Under the pieces are notes generated by a model that did not search any database, was not told where the DNA came from, and saw only the letters and a program-made list of their open reading frames with translations. The position numbers were made by a program, and so were the translations under genes. A stretch of 32,000 bases of DNA, from NCBI RefSeq assembly GCF_000011805.1, contig NC_006840.2; one strand, written 5' to 3'. This document shows, one piece after another, positions 1 through 9,730 of this stretch (positions are counted from its first letter, which is position 1; every line of letters starts with the position of its first letter). The stretch is from Aliivibrio fischeri ES114. Its GTDB lineage: Bacteria; Pseudomonadota; Gammaproteobacteria; Enterobacterales; Vibrionaceae.

Positions 1-987
1 ATTCGCGCTGGTAAGTGTCGACCAGGGATCCAAGCGCTGATTGAAGTGGCTAACCGAGTTCCATCACGTATTGTTGCTTCTGACTTTGGGTTTGCGTTAG
101 GCCCAAGAATAAATGCAGCGGGTCGTTTGGATGATATGTCATTTGGTGTTGAGCTTTTAATGTCAAATAATATTCATGCCGCTCGTCGTATGGCGGCAGA
201 ATTAGATTCATTAAATCAAACTCGAAAAGAAATTGAGCAGGGCATGAAAGAAGAAGCCATGGCTATTTGTGAGCGATTAGAGTTTGGTGCTCAAAGTGAA
301 TTGCCTTTTGGATTGGTGTTGTTTCAGCGTGATTGGCACCAAGGTGTTATTGGTATTTTGGCTTCACGTATAAAAGAAAAATATCATCGTCCTGTCATTG
401 CTTTTGCTGACGGTGGTGATGGTTTTATTAAAGGATCATGCCGCTCTATTGCAGGCTTTCATATGCGTGATGCATTAGATTTGATTGATACTAGAAATCC
501 AGGCCTTATTTTGAAATTTGGTGGACATGCTATGGCTGCTGGATTAACCATTAAAGAGGCGGATTACAAAAAATTCAGTCAAGCTTTTGATGATGTCGTC
601 CGTGAGTCGGTAGAAGAAGAAGCTCTTAAAGGGATTATTTTATCTGATGGTGCACTAACACCAGAAGAATTTACATTAGGTACGGCTGAAATTATCCGAG
701 CGGGTGGACCATGGGGACAAGCTTTTCCTGAGCCTATTTTTGATGGTGAATTTAAAGTATTAAACCAACGTCTAGTGGGCGAAAAACATCTTAAATTAAT
801 GTTAGAGCCGATTCACCGTGATTTTCCAACCAATAAAATGGTTGATGCTATCGCATTTAATATTGATGTTCGCCGTTGGCCAGATGCTTCAGTTCAAAAA
901 GTAAAGTTAGCTTATCGACTCGATATTAATGAATTTCGTGGAAATCAGACCTTACAGCTTATGGTTGAGAACATTGAACCACTTTAA
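1..987 (+). CDS. recJ: Single-stranded-DNA-specific exonuclease RecJ, C-terminal part (5' end outside window)
   Basis: Frame 1 is open from base 1 (IRAGKCRPGIQALIEVANRV...), upstream of the listed GTG at 46. RecJ-like segments: GFALGPRINAAGRLDDMS, SLNQTRKEIEQGM, WHQGVIGILASRIKE, KFGGHAMAAGL, LDINEFRGNQTLQ. Confidence 0.96.
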   Translation: MRAGKCRPGIQALIEVANRVPSRIVASDFGFALGPRINAAGRLDDMSFGVELLMSNNIHAARRMAAELDSLNQTRKEIEQGMKEEAMAICERLEFGAQSELPFGLVLFQRDWHQGVIGILASRIKEKYHRPVIAFADGGDGFIKGSCRSIAGFHMRDALDLIDTRNPGLILKFGGHAMAAGLTIKEADYKKFSQAFDDVVRESVEEEALKGIILSDGALTPEEFTLGTAEIIRAGGPWGQAFPEPIFDGEFKVLNQRLVGEKHLKLMLEPIHRDFPTNKMVDAIAFNIDVRRWPDASVQKVKLAYRLDINEFRGNQTLQLMVENIEPL

Positions 988-1256
988 TTCATGAATAATC
1001 CGTAAAACACGTTAATTTTCACTGAACAACTCATTAAAAAAGACTTAATGAGTTGTTATGTTTATGGTCTAGTTGCAAACAGATAGGCCTTATTTTTCTT
1101 TGGGAAGTTAAATAAAAAACGTTTTGGTGTGATGTTTTTTACACCATTTTCTCAATCTTTATTGTTCTTGCTTTCAGAGGGTGAAATACCTCGATTTCTA
1201 TCACACTTTTGGTTAAAATCTCTCGGTTATTTTTTATTCGGCGATGATAAAACACC

Positions 1257-2355
1257 ATGTTCGAAATTAATCCTATTAAAAACCGTCTCCAGGATGTGTC
1301 TGAACGCACAAATATCCTGAGGGGGTACCTTTGACTATGACGCTAAAAAAGAGCGTCTAGAAGAAGTAAATGCAGAGCTAGAACAACCGGATGTATGGAA
1401 TGAACCTGAACGTGCACAAGCACTAGGTAAAGAACGTGCATCACTAGAAGCTGTTGTTGAAACCATTGATCTTTTAGATCAAGGTGTTGAAGACGTAGAT
1501 GGCTTACTAGAACTTGCGGTTGAAGAAGAAGATCAAGAAACCTTTGATGAAATTGAACCGGAACTGGCTGAGTTAGAAGCTAAGCTAGCGAAACTTGAGT
1601 TTCGTCGTATGTTCTCTGGTGATCACGATGCTTCTGACTGTTATATCGATCTTCAATCAGGCTCTGGTGGTACAGAGGCTCAAGATTGGACTTCTATGAT
1701 GCTGCGTATGTATTTACGTTGGGCTGAAGCAAAAGGCTTCAAAGTAGAAGTTATCGAAGTATCAGAAGGTGAAGTTGCTGGTCTTAAAGGCGCAACAGTT
1801 CGTATCGCTGGTGAATACGCTTATGGTTGGTTACGTACAGAAACTGGTGTTCACCGTTTAGTTCGTAAATCGCCATTTGATTCTAGTGGTCGTCGCCATA
1901 CTTCATTTGCATCTGCATTTATTTATCCAGAGATTGATGACAACATTCAGATTGATATCAACCCTTCTGATTTACGTATTGATGTTTACCGTGCTTCTGG
2001 TGCGGGTGGCCAACACGTAAACACCACCGAATCTGCGGTACGTATTACTCACGTACCAACAAATATCGTTGTTCAGTGTCAGAATGACCGTTCTCAGCAT
2101 AAAAACAAAGATCAAGCAATGAAGCAGTTACGTGCGAAATTGTTTGAGTATGAGTTGCAAAAGCAAAATGCTGAAAAACAGGCCAATGAAGACGCTAAAT
2201 CTGATATCGGATGGGGCAGTCAAATTCGCTCATACGTATTAGATGATTCACGCATTAAAGATTTGCGTACCGGCATTGAAAACCGTAATACGCAAGCCGT
2301 TCTAGACGGTGATTTAGATAAATTTATCGAAGCCAGCTTAAAATCTGGATTATAA
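1257..2355 (+). CDS. prfB: Peptide chain release factor 2, made by +1 programmed frameshift: join(1257..1331,1333..2355), 365 aa
   Basis: ATG at 1257 encodes [25 protein letters not shown], then in-frame TGA 1332-1334. After CTT (1329-1331) a +1 shift gives GAC TAT GAC... ([12 protein letters not shown]) into the listed ORF. Internal SD-like AGGGGG at 1320-1325. [10 protein letters not shown] and the GGQ motif ([16 protein letters not shown]) are present. Confidence 0.97.
1320..1335 (+). promoter_or_regulatory. RF2 programmed +1 frameshift signal AGGGGGTACCTTTGAC
   Basis: SD-like AGGGGG, TAC spacer codon, slippery CTT followed by TGA C; same architecture as the classic bacterial prfB frameshift site. 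Confidence 0.96.
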
Positions 2356-2368
2356 GAAAGGGTTCATT

Positions 2369-3874
2369 ATGACTGAACAAGTACAACTAGATGAAAACAA
2401 ACTGATTGCTGAACGTCGTGGTAAATTAGACCATATTCGTCAAGCATGTAAAGCTAATGGCCACCCAAATGACTTCCGTCGTGATAGCCTAGCGGGTGAT
2501 CTTCAAGCTGAATTTGGTGAAAAGACCAAAGAAGAGCTAGAAGAACTGAACCACGTTGTTGCAATTGCTGGCCGTGTTATGGCTAAGCGTGGTCCTTTCT
2601 TATTGATTCAAGAAGTATCTGGTAAGATCCAAGCTTACGCAGCAAAAGAAGTTCAAAAAGAACTAAAAGACAAATACCAAGGTTTGGATATCGGTGACAT
2701 CATCGGTGTTAAAGGTGCACTTCATAAGTCAGGTAAAGGTGATCTTTACGTGAACATGGAAGAGTATGTACTGCTAACAAAAGCATTACGTCCATTACCA
2801 GAAAAATTCCATGGTTTAACAGACCAAGAGATGCGTTACCGTCAACGTTACGTAGATCTAATCGTAAATGATGACTCACGTCATGCATTTATCGTTCGTT
2901 CTAAAGTGGTTGCTGCTATCCGTAACTTCATGGTTGATAAAGGCTTCATGGAAGTTGAAACTCCTATGATGCACGTTATCCCTGGCGGTGCTTCTGCGCG
3001 TCCATTCGTAACGCACCATAATGCACTTGATGTTGATATGTACCTACGTATTGCTCCTGAGCTTTACTTAAAACGTCTAGTTGTTGGTGGTTTTGAACGT
3101 GTATTCGAAATTAACCGTAACTTCCGTAACGAAGGTCTATCTCCACGTCATAACCCAGAATTCACAATGATGGAATTCTACATGGCGTATGCAGATTACA
3201 ACGATCTAATGGACCTTACAGAAGAAATGCTATCTACAGTAGCAACATCTGTTTTAGGTAGCGACAAAATGCCTTATGGTGAGCACACGGTTGATTTTGG
3301 TGGCAAATACGCTCGTATGAGCATGTTAGATGCGATCAAACAATACAACCCTGATCACGCAGAGATCCAAGCGCTAACGTATGAAGGCGTTAAAGATCGC
3401 GATCTAATGGTATCTATTGCTAAATCTGTACATGTTGACGTTGAAAGCTTCTGGACATGTGGTCAGCTTCTTGAAGAGATCTTCGGTGAAACTGCTGAAC
3501 CTAAGCTAATGCAACCTACATTCATTACTGAATACCCAGCAGATATTTCTCCATTAGCACGTCGTAACGATGACAATGATTTCATTACTGATCGTTTTGA
3601 ATTCTTCATTGGTGGTCGTGAAGTAGCAAATGGTTTCTCTGAGCTGAATGATGCACAAGATCAAGACGAGCGTTTTAAAGCGCAAGTTAATGCTAAAGAA
3701 TCTGGTGATGATGAAGCTATGTACTACGATGCAGACTACATCACAGCTCTTGAGCATGGTTTACCACCAACTGCTGGTCAAGGTATCGGTATTGACCGTT
3801 TAGTTATGCTATTAACTAACACGCACACAATTCGTGACGTTATTTTATTCCCATCAATGCGTCCACAAGCGTAA
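2369..3874 (+). CDS. lysS: Lysyl-tRNA synthetase (class II)
   Basis: Full-length 501 aa; class II motifs [45 protein letters not shown]. Starts 13 nt after prfB stop, as in the usual prfB-lysS operon. Confidence 0.97.
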   Translation: MTEQVQLDENKLIAERRGKLDHIRQACKANGHPNDFRRDSLAGDLQAEFGEKTKEELEELNHVVAIAGRVMAKRGPFLLIQEVSGKIQAYAAKEVQKELKDKYQGLDIGDIIGVKGALHKSGKGDLYVNMEEYVLLTKALRPLPEKFHGLTDQEMRYRQRYVDLIVNDDSRHAFIVRSKVVAAIRNFMVDKGFMEVETPMMHVIPGGASARPFVTHHNALDVDMYLRIAPELYLKRLVVGGFERVFEINRNFRNEGLSPRHNPEFTMMEFYMAYADYNDLMDLTEEMLSTVATSVLGSDKMPYGEHTVDFGGKYARMSMLDAIKQYNPDHAEIQALTYEGVKDRDLMVSIAKSVHVDVESFWTCGQLLEEIFGETAEPKLMQPTFITEYPADISPLARRNDDNDFITDRFEFFIGGREVANGFSELNDAQDQDERFKAQVNAKESGDDEAMYYDADYITALEHGLPPTAGQGIGIDRLVMLLTNTHTIRDVILFPSMRPQA

Positions 3875-3896
3875 TAAAGAATAAATAAAGATGATG

Positions 3897-3928
3897 AAAG
3901 AGCGGCTAATTAGCCGCTCTTTTTTTAT
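3897..3928 (+). terminator. Rho-independent terminator after lysS
   Basis: AAGAGCGGC-TAATTA-GCCGCTCTT followed by T-run. Confidence 0.88.
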
Positions 3929-4261
3929 TTATCTTACTCAAAGCACTAAAAATGAGAAAATAACTACACTTTTTTATCAATTGACTTAATTTTTACAATT
4001 CAAATTAATAGTCATGTAACGGTTAAAAAGTAATAAAAACCCTTTTTTTTATGCAATAAATCCTTGTTAATCTCATATTTGATTCAACTATTTCTTTAAT
4101 ATGTTAACTGTCATTTATTTATTATGCTTAAGATGTATTTTTTTTGTTAAAAGGATGACGTGCATCTCATTTGTGAGACGAGATAAGGTCTTAAAACCTG
4201 TATAGTTGCAACTAAGAAACATTTTAAGTTGGTTTAGATATAAGAATTTAGAGGTAGTGTT

Positions 4262-5599
4262 ATGGGTACTCAATTTCGTATGGATTCGGTTCCAGGCTCT
4301 TTAGTTGTTGTAGGTGGCAGCTATGAACCTTGGTTAGCCGTTTTAGAACAAGTAGGTTGGCGTTGTCATCGTTGTTATGATCTTCGAGCAGCTCAAGCTC
4401 TGTTTGACGAGATTGGGCCATGTATTGGTATTGTTGATTTAAGCCAAGATGATTTTAGTCTTAATGGCATTGCAACGTTAGTTAATAACAATAAGCAAGT
4501 TCGCTGGATGGCTTTCATTCGTGAATCTCAATTAAGCTCAGATACTATCTGCCAGTTTATTGTTAACTTCTGTATTGATTTTTTCACTGCACCAATTCCT
4601 GATGCTCAGCTATTAAGCACGATTGGTCACCAGTTGGGTATGCTTAAGTTAGAACGCAAAGTATGGCCAAATATGGGGAATAAATCGGATCTTGGTATCT
4701 TGGGTGAAGCTCCAGCTGTTAAGCGCCTGCGAGATCAAATTCGTCGTGTTGCTCCAACAGATGTTTCTATTCTTATTTCTGGTGAAAGTGGTGTAGGTAA
4801 AGATGCAGTAGCAAAAGCAGTTCATGAATCTTCTGGTCGTAATAAAGGCCCATTTGTTTCATTAAATTGTGGTTCACTATCTGAAAATAAAATTGAACAA
4901 GAACTGTTTGGTTCTCACTCTTCGTCACCAGAAGAATCTAAACTATTCCAAGCCAATGGTGGTACATTATTTTTAAATGATATTAATGATTTGCCAGCTA
5001 GTCAGCAGCAACATCTATTACGATTCTTACAAGAAGGTAATATCGAGACTGAAAAAGGTTTTGTTGATTTAGATGTTCGAGTAATTGTTGCAAGCCACAT
5101 CGATTTAGAAAAAGCGATTGAAGAAGGCAGCTTTAAAGAAGAGTTGTATTATCGCTTAAATGTATTGCGTATTCATGTACCATCTCTAAAAGAGAGAAGT
5201 TCAGATATCTCGGTTTTAGCAGAGCATTTCTTACAGCGTTATGCAAAAGAGTACAATACACAAGCAAGAACGTTCTCAGAAGAAGCATTACAAACGATGT
5301 TGCATTATCAATGGCCTGGTAATGTACGTGAGTTAGTAAACCAAGTGAAACGTGCTGTATTACTTGCAGATAGCATGACGATTGATCTTGAGCACCTAGA
5401 CTTACCGCAACGCAGTGAAACAAAACGCAGTTTGCGTGTTATCCGTGAAAATTCGGAGAGAGATGCGTTATTAATGGTATTAGAATCTCATGATGGTCAA
5501 GTTTCTTCAGCTGCAAAAGAATTAGGTGTTTCACGAGCAACTATGTATCGTTTATTAAATAAACATAATTTGATTTCTGAGCCGAGAAGCTATAGCTAA
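4262..5599 (+). CDS. vpsR: VpsR-type transcriptional regulator (receiver-like domain + AAA+ + Fis-type HTH)
   Basis: 445 aa. N-terminus MGTQFRMDSVPGSLVVVGGSYEPW and segment SSDTICQFIVNFCIDFFTAPIPDAQLLSTIGHQLGMLK recognised as VpsR. Walker A GESGVGKD; C-terminal HTH AAKELGVSRATMYRLLNKHNLI. Confidence 0.93.
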   Translation: MGTQFRMDSVPGSLVVVGGSYEPWLAVLEQVGWRCHRCYDLRAAQALFDEIGPCIGIVDLSQDDFSLNGIATLVNNNKQVRWMAFIRESQLSSDTICQFIVNFCIDFFTAPIPDAQLLSTIGHQLGMLKLERKVWPNMGNKSDLGILGEAPAVKRLRDQIRRVAPTDVSILISGESGVGKDAVAKAVHESSGRNKGPFVSLNCGSLSENKIEQELFGSHSSSPEESKLFQANGGTLFLNDINDLPASQQQHLLRFLQEGNIETEKGFVDLDVRVIVASHIDLEKAIEEGSFKEELYYRLNVLRIHVPSLKERSSDISVLAEHFLQRYAKEYNTQARTFSEEALQTMLHYQWPGNVRELVNQVKRAVLLADSMTIDLEHLDLPQRSETKRSLRVIRENSERDALLMVLESHDGQVSSAAKELGVSRATMYRLLNKHNLISEPRSYS

Positions 5600-5616
5600 T
5601 CGAATCCTTATTGAAG

Positions 5617-5653
5617 AATAGGCTTACCTTGAATTAGGTAGGCCTATTTTTTT
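5617..5653. terminator. Terminator hairpin at the convergent vpsR/mutH ends
   Basis: AATAGGCTTACC-ttgaatta-GGTAGGCCTATT then T-run on the + strand. Confidence 0.8.
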
Positions 5654-6320
5654 AGTTGAAGAATGAAGTCAGTATAGAATGAGTAAATTGAGTTTTTAAA
5701 TAAAAACCGCGGGGTAGCGTTTTTATAGGTTGTCCATTTTCACCATATGCCTCAGTTAGCGCTTGGCTGTTTGCTGCTTTAGGTCTTAATTGAAGAACTT
5801 CGCCATGTTTTGCTGTAATTGACTCAACCTTACCGAGCACAATTAAATCCATTAACTCTTCCCAATCTTGTTTTAACTGTCGTTCTTCTTCCAAAGAAGG
5901 TTGCCATAAAACTGGATATCCGACATGACGATCACCGACAGGGATCTCTCGCTCGCCTTCTACAGGGATCCATAATACGTGAGCCAGTTTATGACGAACA
6001 TGAGACTCTTCCCATTGTAAGCTGTGTACGCCTGTTAATGGAGCGACACAAACAAAAGTCGTTTCTAATGGTTTACCTGTATAGCTGATTGGAATGGTTT
6101 TTAGTTCTACACTAAGATCGATGAAATCAGGTAAAGGTTTACTGCCAGCTGAAGCTCCTAAATGCCATTCTAATAATTGACCAACCCAGCCTTTATCTCG
6201 CTTTAAATTTTCAGGCACAGGGATGCCGGCCTGCTCTGCCAATTCAGATAGCGTATAGCCTGCAATACTTTCTGCTCGTTGTAATAATTCATCAATAGTA
6301 TTTGGTGGTGGTAAGCTCAT
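5652..6320 (-). CDS. mutH: DNA mismatch repair endonuclease MutH
   Basis: 222 aa; [69 protein letters not shown] match the MutH family. Confidence 0.95.
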   Translation of the reverse strand: MSLPPPNTIDELLQRAESIAGYTLSELAEQAGIPVPENLKRDKGWVGQLLEWHLGASAGSKPLPDFIDLSVELKTIPISYTGKPLETTFVCVAPLTGVHSLQWEESHVRHKLAHVLWIPVEGEREIPVGDRHVGYPVLWQPSLEEERQLKQDWEELMDLIVLGKVESITAKHGEVLQLRPKAANSQALTEAYGENGQPIKTLPRGFYLKTQFTHSILTSFFN

Positions 6321-6400
6321 AAAGACTCTTCAACATGATTGAATGAATAGATTATCATATTATCAACATTATTTTTTGACCTAATTTGGATCTTAGTAAG

Positions 6401-6409
6401 TTATCCACA
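6401..6409 (+). promoter_or_regulatory. DnaA-box-like 9-mer TTATCCACA
   Basis: Exact match to the DnaA box consensus TTATNCACA; function unproven. Confidence 0.45.
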
Positions 6410-6725
6410 ATAGTGTATATATTTTATCCGTTACTTATTTTTCTGGATCCATATACAGTGCTTTAATTTTGAATAACTCATTGACTTTTAGTTCTTATAC
6501 TTAATCAGATAGCCTTAATTGTGGGTAATTAGGTTGTTGGTGGATCTTTAACCGATCTGTGTTTATATTATCCAATCACTTTTTAATGGAAAAGATCAAA
6601 GCAAAGATCTTTACTTTAACTTGTTGGTTTTATTGTTTTTTGTTTGTTTGGTGCTTTTGTTTTTATTTTGTATTTAAAGAGCTAACTTTTACCGTTTATG
6701 ATTTATTTTTAGCTTCTACACAAAG

Positions 6726-6734
6726 TTATGCACA
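6726..6734 (+). promoter_or_regulatory. DnaA-box-like 9-mer TTATGCACA
   Basis: Exact match to TTATNCACA in the same intergenic gap; function unproven. Confidence 0.4.
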
Positions 6735-6917
6735 GAAAAGGTGAATAAATGTGGCTTATATCTCATTGTTGTGTTGATAAGTTAAGCAGTGATTAAAAGT
6801 TATTCAGAAAATTAGGTTATTTTGGTAAAACGTGACAAGAAAGCGTGATCCTGTTTGCTCAAAGAGCCGATCTGTGAAAAAATCAGAGTCAATATAAGTT
6901 TATGATGAGGTCATCCA

Positions 6918-7430
6918 GTGATAGATGGCGATGGTTTCCGCCCGAACGTCGGGATAGTGATATGTAATAGCCATGGTCAAGTATTCTGGGCGAAGCGATA
7001 CGGACAGCATTCGTGGCAATTTCCGCAAGGTGGTATTGATGATGGTGAGACTCCAGAACAAGCCATGTACCGTGAATTATACGAAGAGGTAGGTCTGACA
7101 AAAAATGATGTTCGTATTTTAGCAAGCAGCCGTCATTGGCTACGATATAAATTACCGAAACGTCTAGTTAGATGGGACTCTAAACCTGTTTGTATCGGAC
7201 AAAAACAAAAATGGTTTTTGTTACGCTTAGAATGTGATGAATCCAAGGTTAATATGCAAAGAGATCGCTCGCCTGAATTTGATGGTTGGCGATGGGTAAG
7301 CTACTGGTACCCTGTAAGACAAGTGGTTTCATTTAAGCGTGATGTTTATCGTCGAGCACTAAAAGAGTTCGCGGTGATCGCTATGCCGTTTAAGGAACGA
7401 AAATTTAAAAGGAAAGGTAAAAAAGGTTAA
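6918..7430 (+). CDS. rppH: RNA pyrophosphohydrolase (Nudix)
   Basis: GTG start; [17 protein letters not shown]; Nudix box [23 protein letters not shown]. Confidence 0.96.
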   Translation: MIDGDGFRPNVGIVICNSHGQVFWAKRYGQHSWQFPQGGIDDGETPEQAMYRELYEEVGLTKNDVRILASSRHWLRYKLPKRLVRWDSKPVCIGQKQKWFLLRLECDESKVNMQRDRSPEFDGWRWVSYWYPVRQVVSFKRDVYRRALKEFAVIAMPFKERKFKRKGKKG

Positions 7431-7459
7431 GCGGTCGATACCTTATATAACCTTAAGGA

Positions 7460-9730
7460 TTGGCAAGCATGCTTACTCAACTCAGGGATATAGTTGATCA
7501 CGTAGCTAAAGCGGAGTCTCTTGATGATGCTTTAGCGTTGCTCGTGAAAAATACTCGTCACTCTATGCATACAGAGTGCTGCTCAGTCTATTTGATGAGT
7601 AATGATAACCTGCGCTTAGAATTAATGGCGACAGAAGGACTAAAAGCGAAACCAAAAACCGTTTCATTGGGGATTGATGAAGGTTTAGTTGGATTGGTTG
7701 CGCGTAGTTGTGAACCGTTAAACTTAGCGAATGCTTCTGTACACCCTTCATATAAATACATTCCTAGTATTGCTGAATATAAGTTTAACTCCTTCCTAGC
7801 AACCCCGATTATTTACCGACGCCAAAACCTTGGTGTGCTTGTTGTACAACAAAAGGAAAAACGTCAGTTTACTGAAGTTGAAGAATCCTTTTTAGTCACC
7901 TTATCCGCGCAACTTGCAGTTATACTTGCTCATGCTAAAGCTCATGAAAGTTGGTCAACTCAATTACAACCCCAATCGATTGAACAAAAGCAATTCAAAG
8001 GTATCTCTGCATCAAATGGTGTGGCTATTGCTCCATTATGGTTTGACGATGCTCAACCAAGAATAGAATCCATTCTACCAAGTTCATGTCTTGATACAGA
8101 GCAAGAACAAGATCGTTTAGGTACTGCGGTTGAGTTAGCTTTAAAAGATTTCCGCCGAGCTAAAAAACGCTTTGAGCAAGAATTAAATACCGAAACGTTG
8201 GCTATTTTTGATCTTTTCACTCACTTATTAAATGATCCTATGTTGAAAGGAGATCTGAAAAAACAGATCAACCAAGGTGATTCCGCCGAGTGGGCATTGC
8301 GTCAAGTTATTGAGTCATACGCCGGGCGTTTTGAAAAAATGAGTGATTCATACCTCAGTGAGCGAGCGAATGATGTTCGTGAGCTAGGACAGAGATTACT
8401 TTATTTTTTAAATTATGAAGGTAAGTTAGAGCTGGATTTAGCTCATCCCGTGATTTTAGTGACGACTCAGTTAACGGCTTCTATGTTAGCGAGTGTTCCT
8501 CAAGATAAATTAAAAGCCGTTATTTCGCTTGAAGGTGCGGCAAACTCTCACGCAGCCATTTTATCAAGAGCGCTTGGTATTCCTGCAATTATGGGGGTGG
8601 AGTTTAATCCAACTCATTACCATCAAAACCTAGCTATTGTAGATGGCTATAGTGGTGCTCTATACATCAAGCCAACAGAAGCGCTAATTCAAGAATATAC
8701 AGAGCTACAAAATGAAGAGTTAGCCCTTTCTGAATTAATCACTCAAGATCTTGATAAACCTACATTTACACGTGATGAGCATCAAATGAAAATTTATTTG
8801 AATGCAGGGTTAAGTGCAGATACGAGTATTGCTGTTAATCAGGGAGTTGATGGTGTGGGTCTATATCGAACTGAAATTCCTTTTTTATTACAACAGAGAT
8901 TTCCATCAGAAGAAGAGCAGTACCTACAATACAAAACTATTTTAGAAACGTACCCTAAAAAGCCAGTCATTATGAGGACGTTAGATATTGGTGGTGATAA
9001 ACCATTACCGTATTTACCAATTGAAGAAGAGAATCCATTTTTAGGTTGGCGTGGTATTCGTTTTACTTTAGATCATCCTGATATCTTTCTTCTGCAACTA
9101 AAAGCGATGGTTAGAGCAAATATAGGTAATGGTAATTTGTCCATTATGTTACCTATGATTTCAGGCTTACCTGAATTAAAGCAAGCAAGAAAGCTTATTA
9201 ACCAAGCCTATGAAGAAGTGCTTGGTGAGTCGGAAGGAGACTTTTCACAACCTCGTATAGGTATGATGATAGAAGTGCCTTCTATGCTGTATTTGTTACC
9301 AAGAGTTGTTGGATTAGTGGATTTTATTTCTGTAGGTACTAATGACTTAACTCAATACCTTTTAGCGGTGGATCGAAATAACGCACGAGTTTCACATGTT
9401 TATGAATCTTATCATCCCGCAGTGTTACTCGCATTAAAGCAAATTATTGATACGGCAAATCAATATAAATTGCCTGTTAGTGTTTGTGGAGAACTTGCGG
9501 GGGACCCAATTGGTTGTTTATTACTGCTTGGTTTGGGTTATCAAAGCTTAAGTATGAACACCTCTAACGTAGCCAAAGTAAAATATATTATTAGGCAAGT
9601 ATCGCAGCAAGAAGTTGAACAATTAGTTGCGACTCTTTTACATCACGATGATGCAGAGCAAATTTTAACTGATATGATTGGCTTCTTTGAAGAGAAAGAT
9701 CTCTCTGGGTTTATTCGAGCAGGCAGGTAA
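7460..9730 (+). CDS. ptsP: PTS system nitrogen-branch EI (GAF domain + EI domain)
   Basis: 756 aa; N-terminal GAF-like region; phospho-His region LEGAANSHAAILSRALGIPAIMG; RTLDIGGDKPLPYLPIEEENPFLGWRGIR; SVGTNDLTQYLLAVDRNNARV; SVCGELAGDP. Order with rppH is conserved. Confidence 0.95.
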   Translation: MASMLTQLRDIVDHVAKAESLDDALALLVKNTRHSMHTECCSVYLMSNDNLRLELMATEGLKAKPKTVSLGIDEGLVGLVARSCEPLNLANASVHPSYKYIPSIAEYKFNSFLATPIIYRRQNLGVLVVQQKEKRQFTEVEESFLVTLSAQLAVILAHAKAHESWSTQLQPQSIEQKQFKGISASNGVAIAPLWFDDAQPRIESILPSSCLDTEQEQDRLGTAVELALKDFRRAKKRFEQELNTETLAIFDLFTHLLNDPMLKGDLKKQINQGDSAEWALRQVIESYAGRFEKMSDSYLSERANDVRELGQRLLYFLNYEGKLELDLAHPVILVTTQLTASMLASVPQDKLKAVISLEGAANSHAAILSRALGIPAIMGVEFNPTHYHQNLAIVDGYSGALYIKPTEALIQEYTELQNEELALSELITQDLDKPTFTRDEHQMKIYLNAGLSADTSIAVNQGVDGVGLYRTEIPFLLQQRFPSEEEQYLQYKTILETYPKKPVIMRTLDIGGDKPLPYLPIEEENPFLGWRGIRFTLDHPDIFLLQLKAMVRANIGNGNLSIMLPMISGLPELKQARKLINQAYEEVLGESEGDFSQPRIGMMIEVPSMLYLLPRVVGLVDFISVGTNDLTQYLLAVDRNNARVSHVYESYHPAVLLALKQIIDTANQYKLPVSVCGELAGDPIGCLLLLGLGYQSLSMNTSNVAKVKYIIRQVSQQEVEQLVATLLHHDDAEQILTDMIGFFEEKDLSGFIRAGR

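Noticed and set aside
1129-1320. 63-aa + strand ORF ahead of prfB
   Set aside because: Overlaps the true prfB start in another frame, no family resemblance; its end coincides with the frameshift-site region by chance.
5133-5423. 96-aa ORF antisense to vpsR
   Set aside because: Shadow ORF within a confident CDS, no domain-like features.
5819-6088. 89-aa ORF antisense to mutH
   Set aside because: Fully inside a well-supported MutH CDS; explained by codon-bias shadowing.
6559-6744. 61-aa + strand ORF, hydrophobic and Phe/Cys-rich, in the mutH-rppH gap
   Set aside because: Poor start context, composition is what a T-rich tract gives in this frame, no recognisable family. Would need conservation or Ribo-seq to reconsider.
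6321-6917. Possibility that the GATC/DnaA-box cluster is the chromosomal origin oriC
   Set aside because: No dnaA/dnaN, mioC or gidA neighbourhood and too few strong boxes; kept only as a possible DnaA/SeqA-responsive region.
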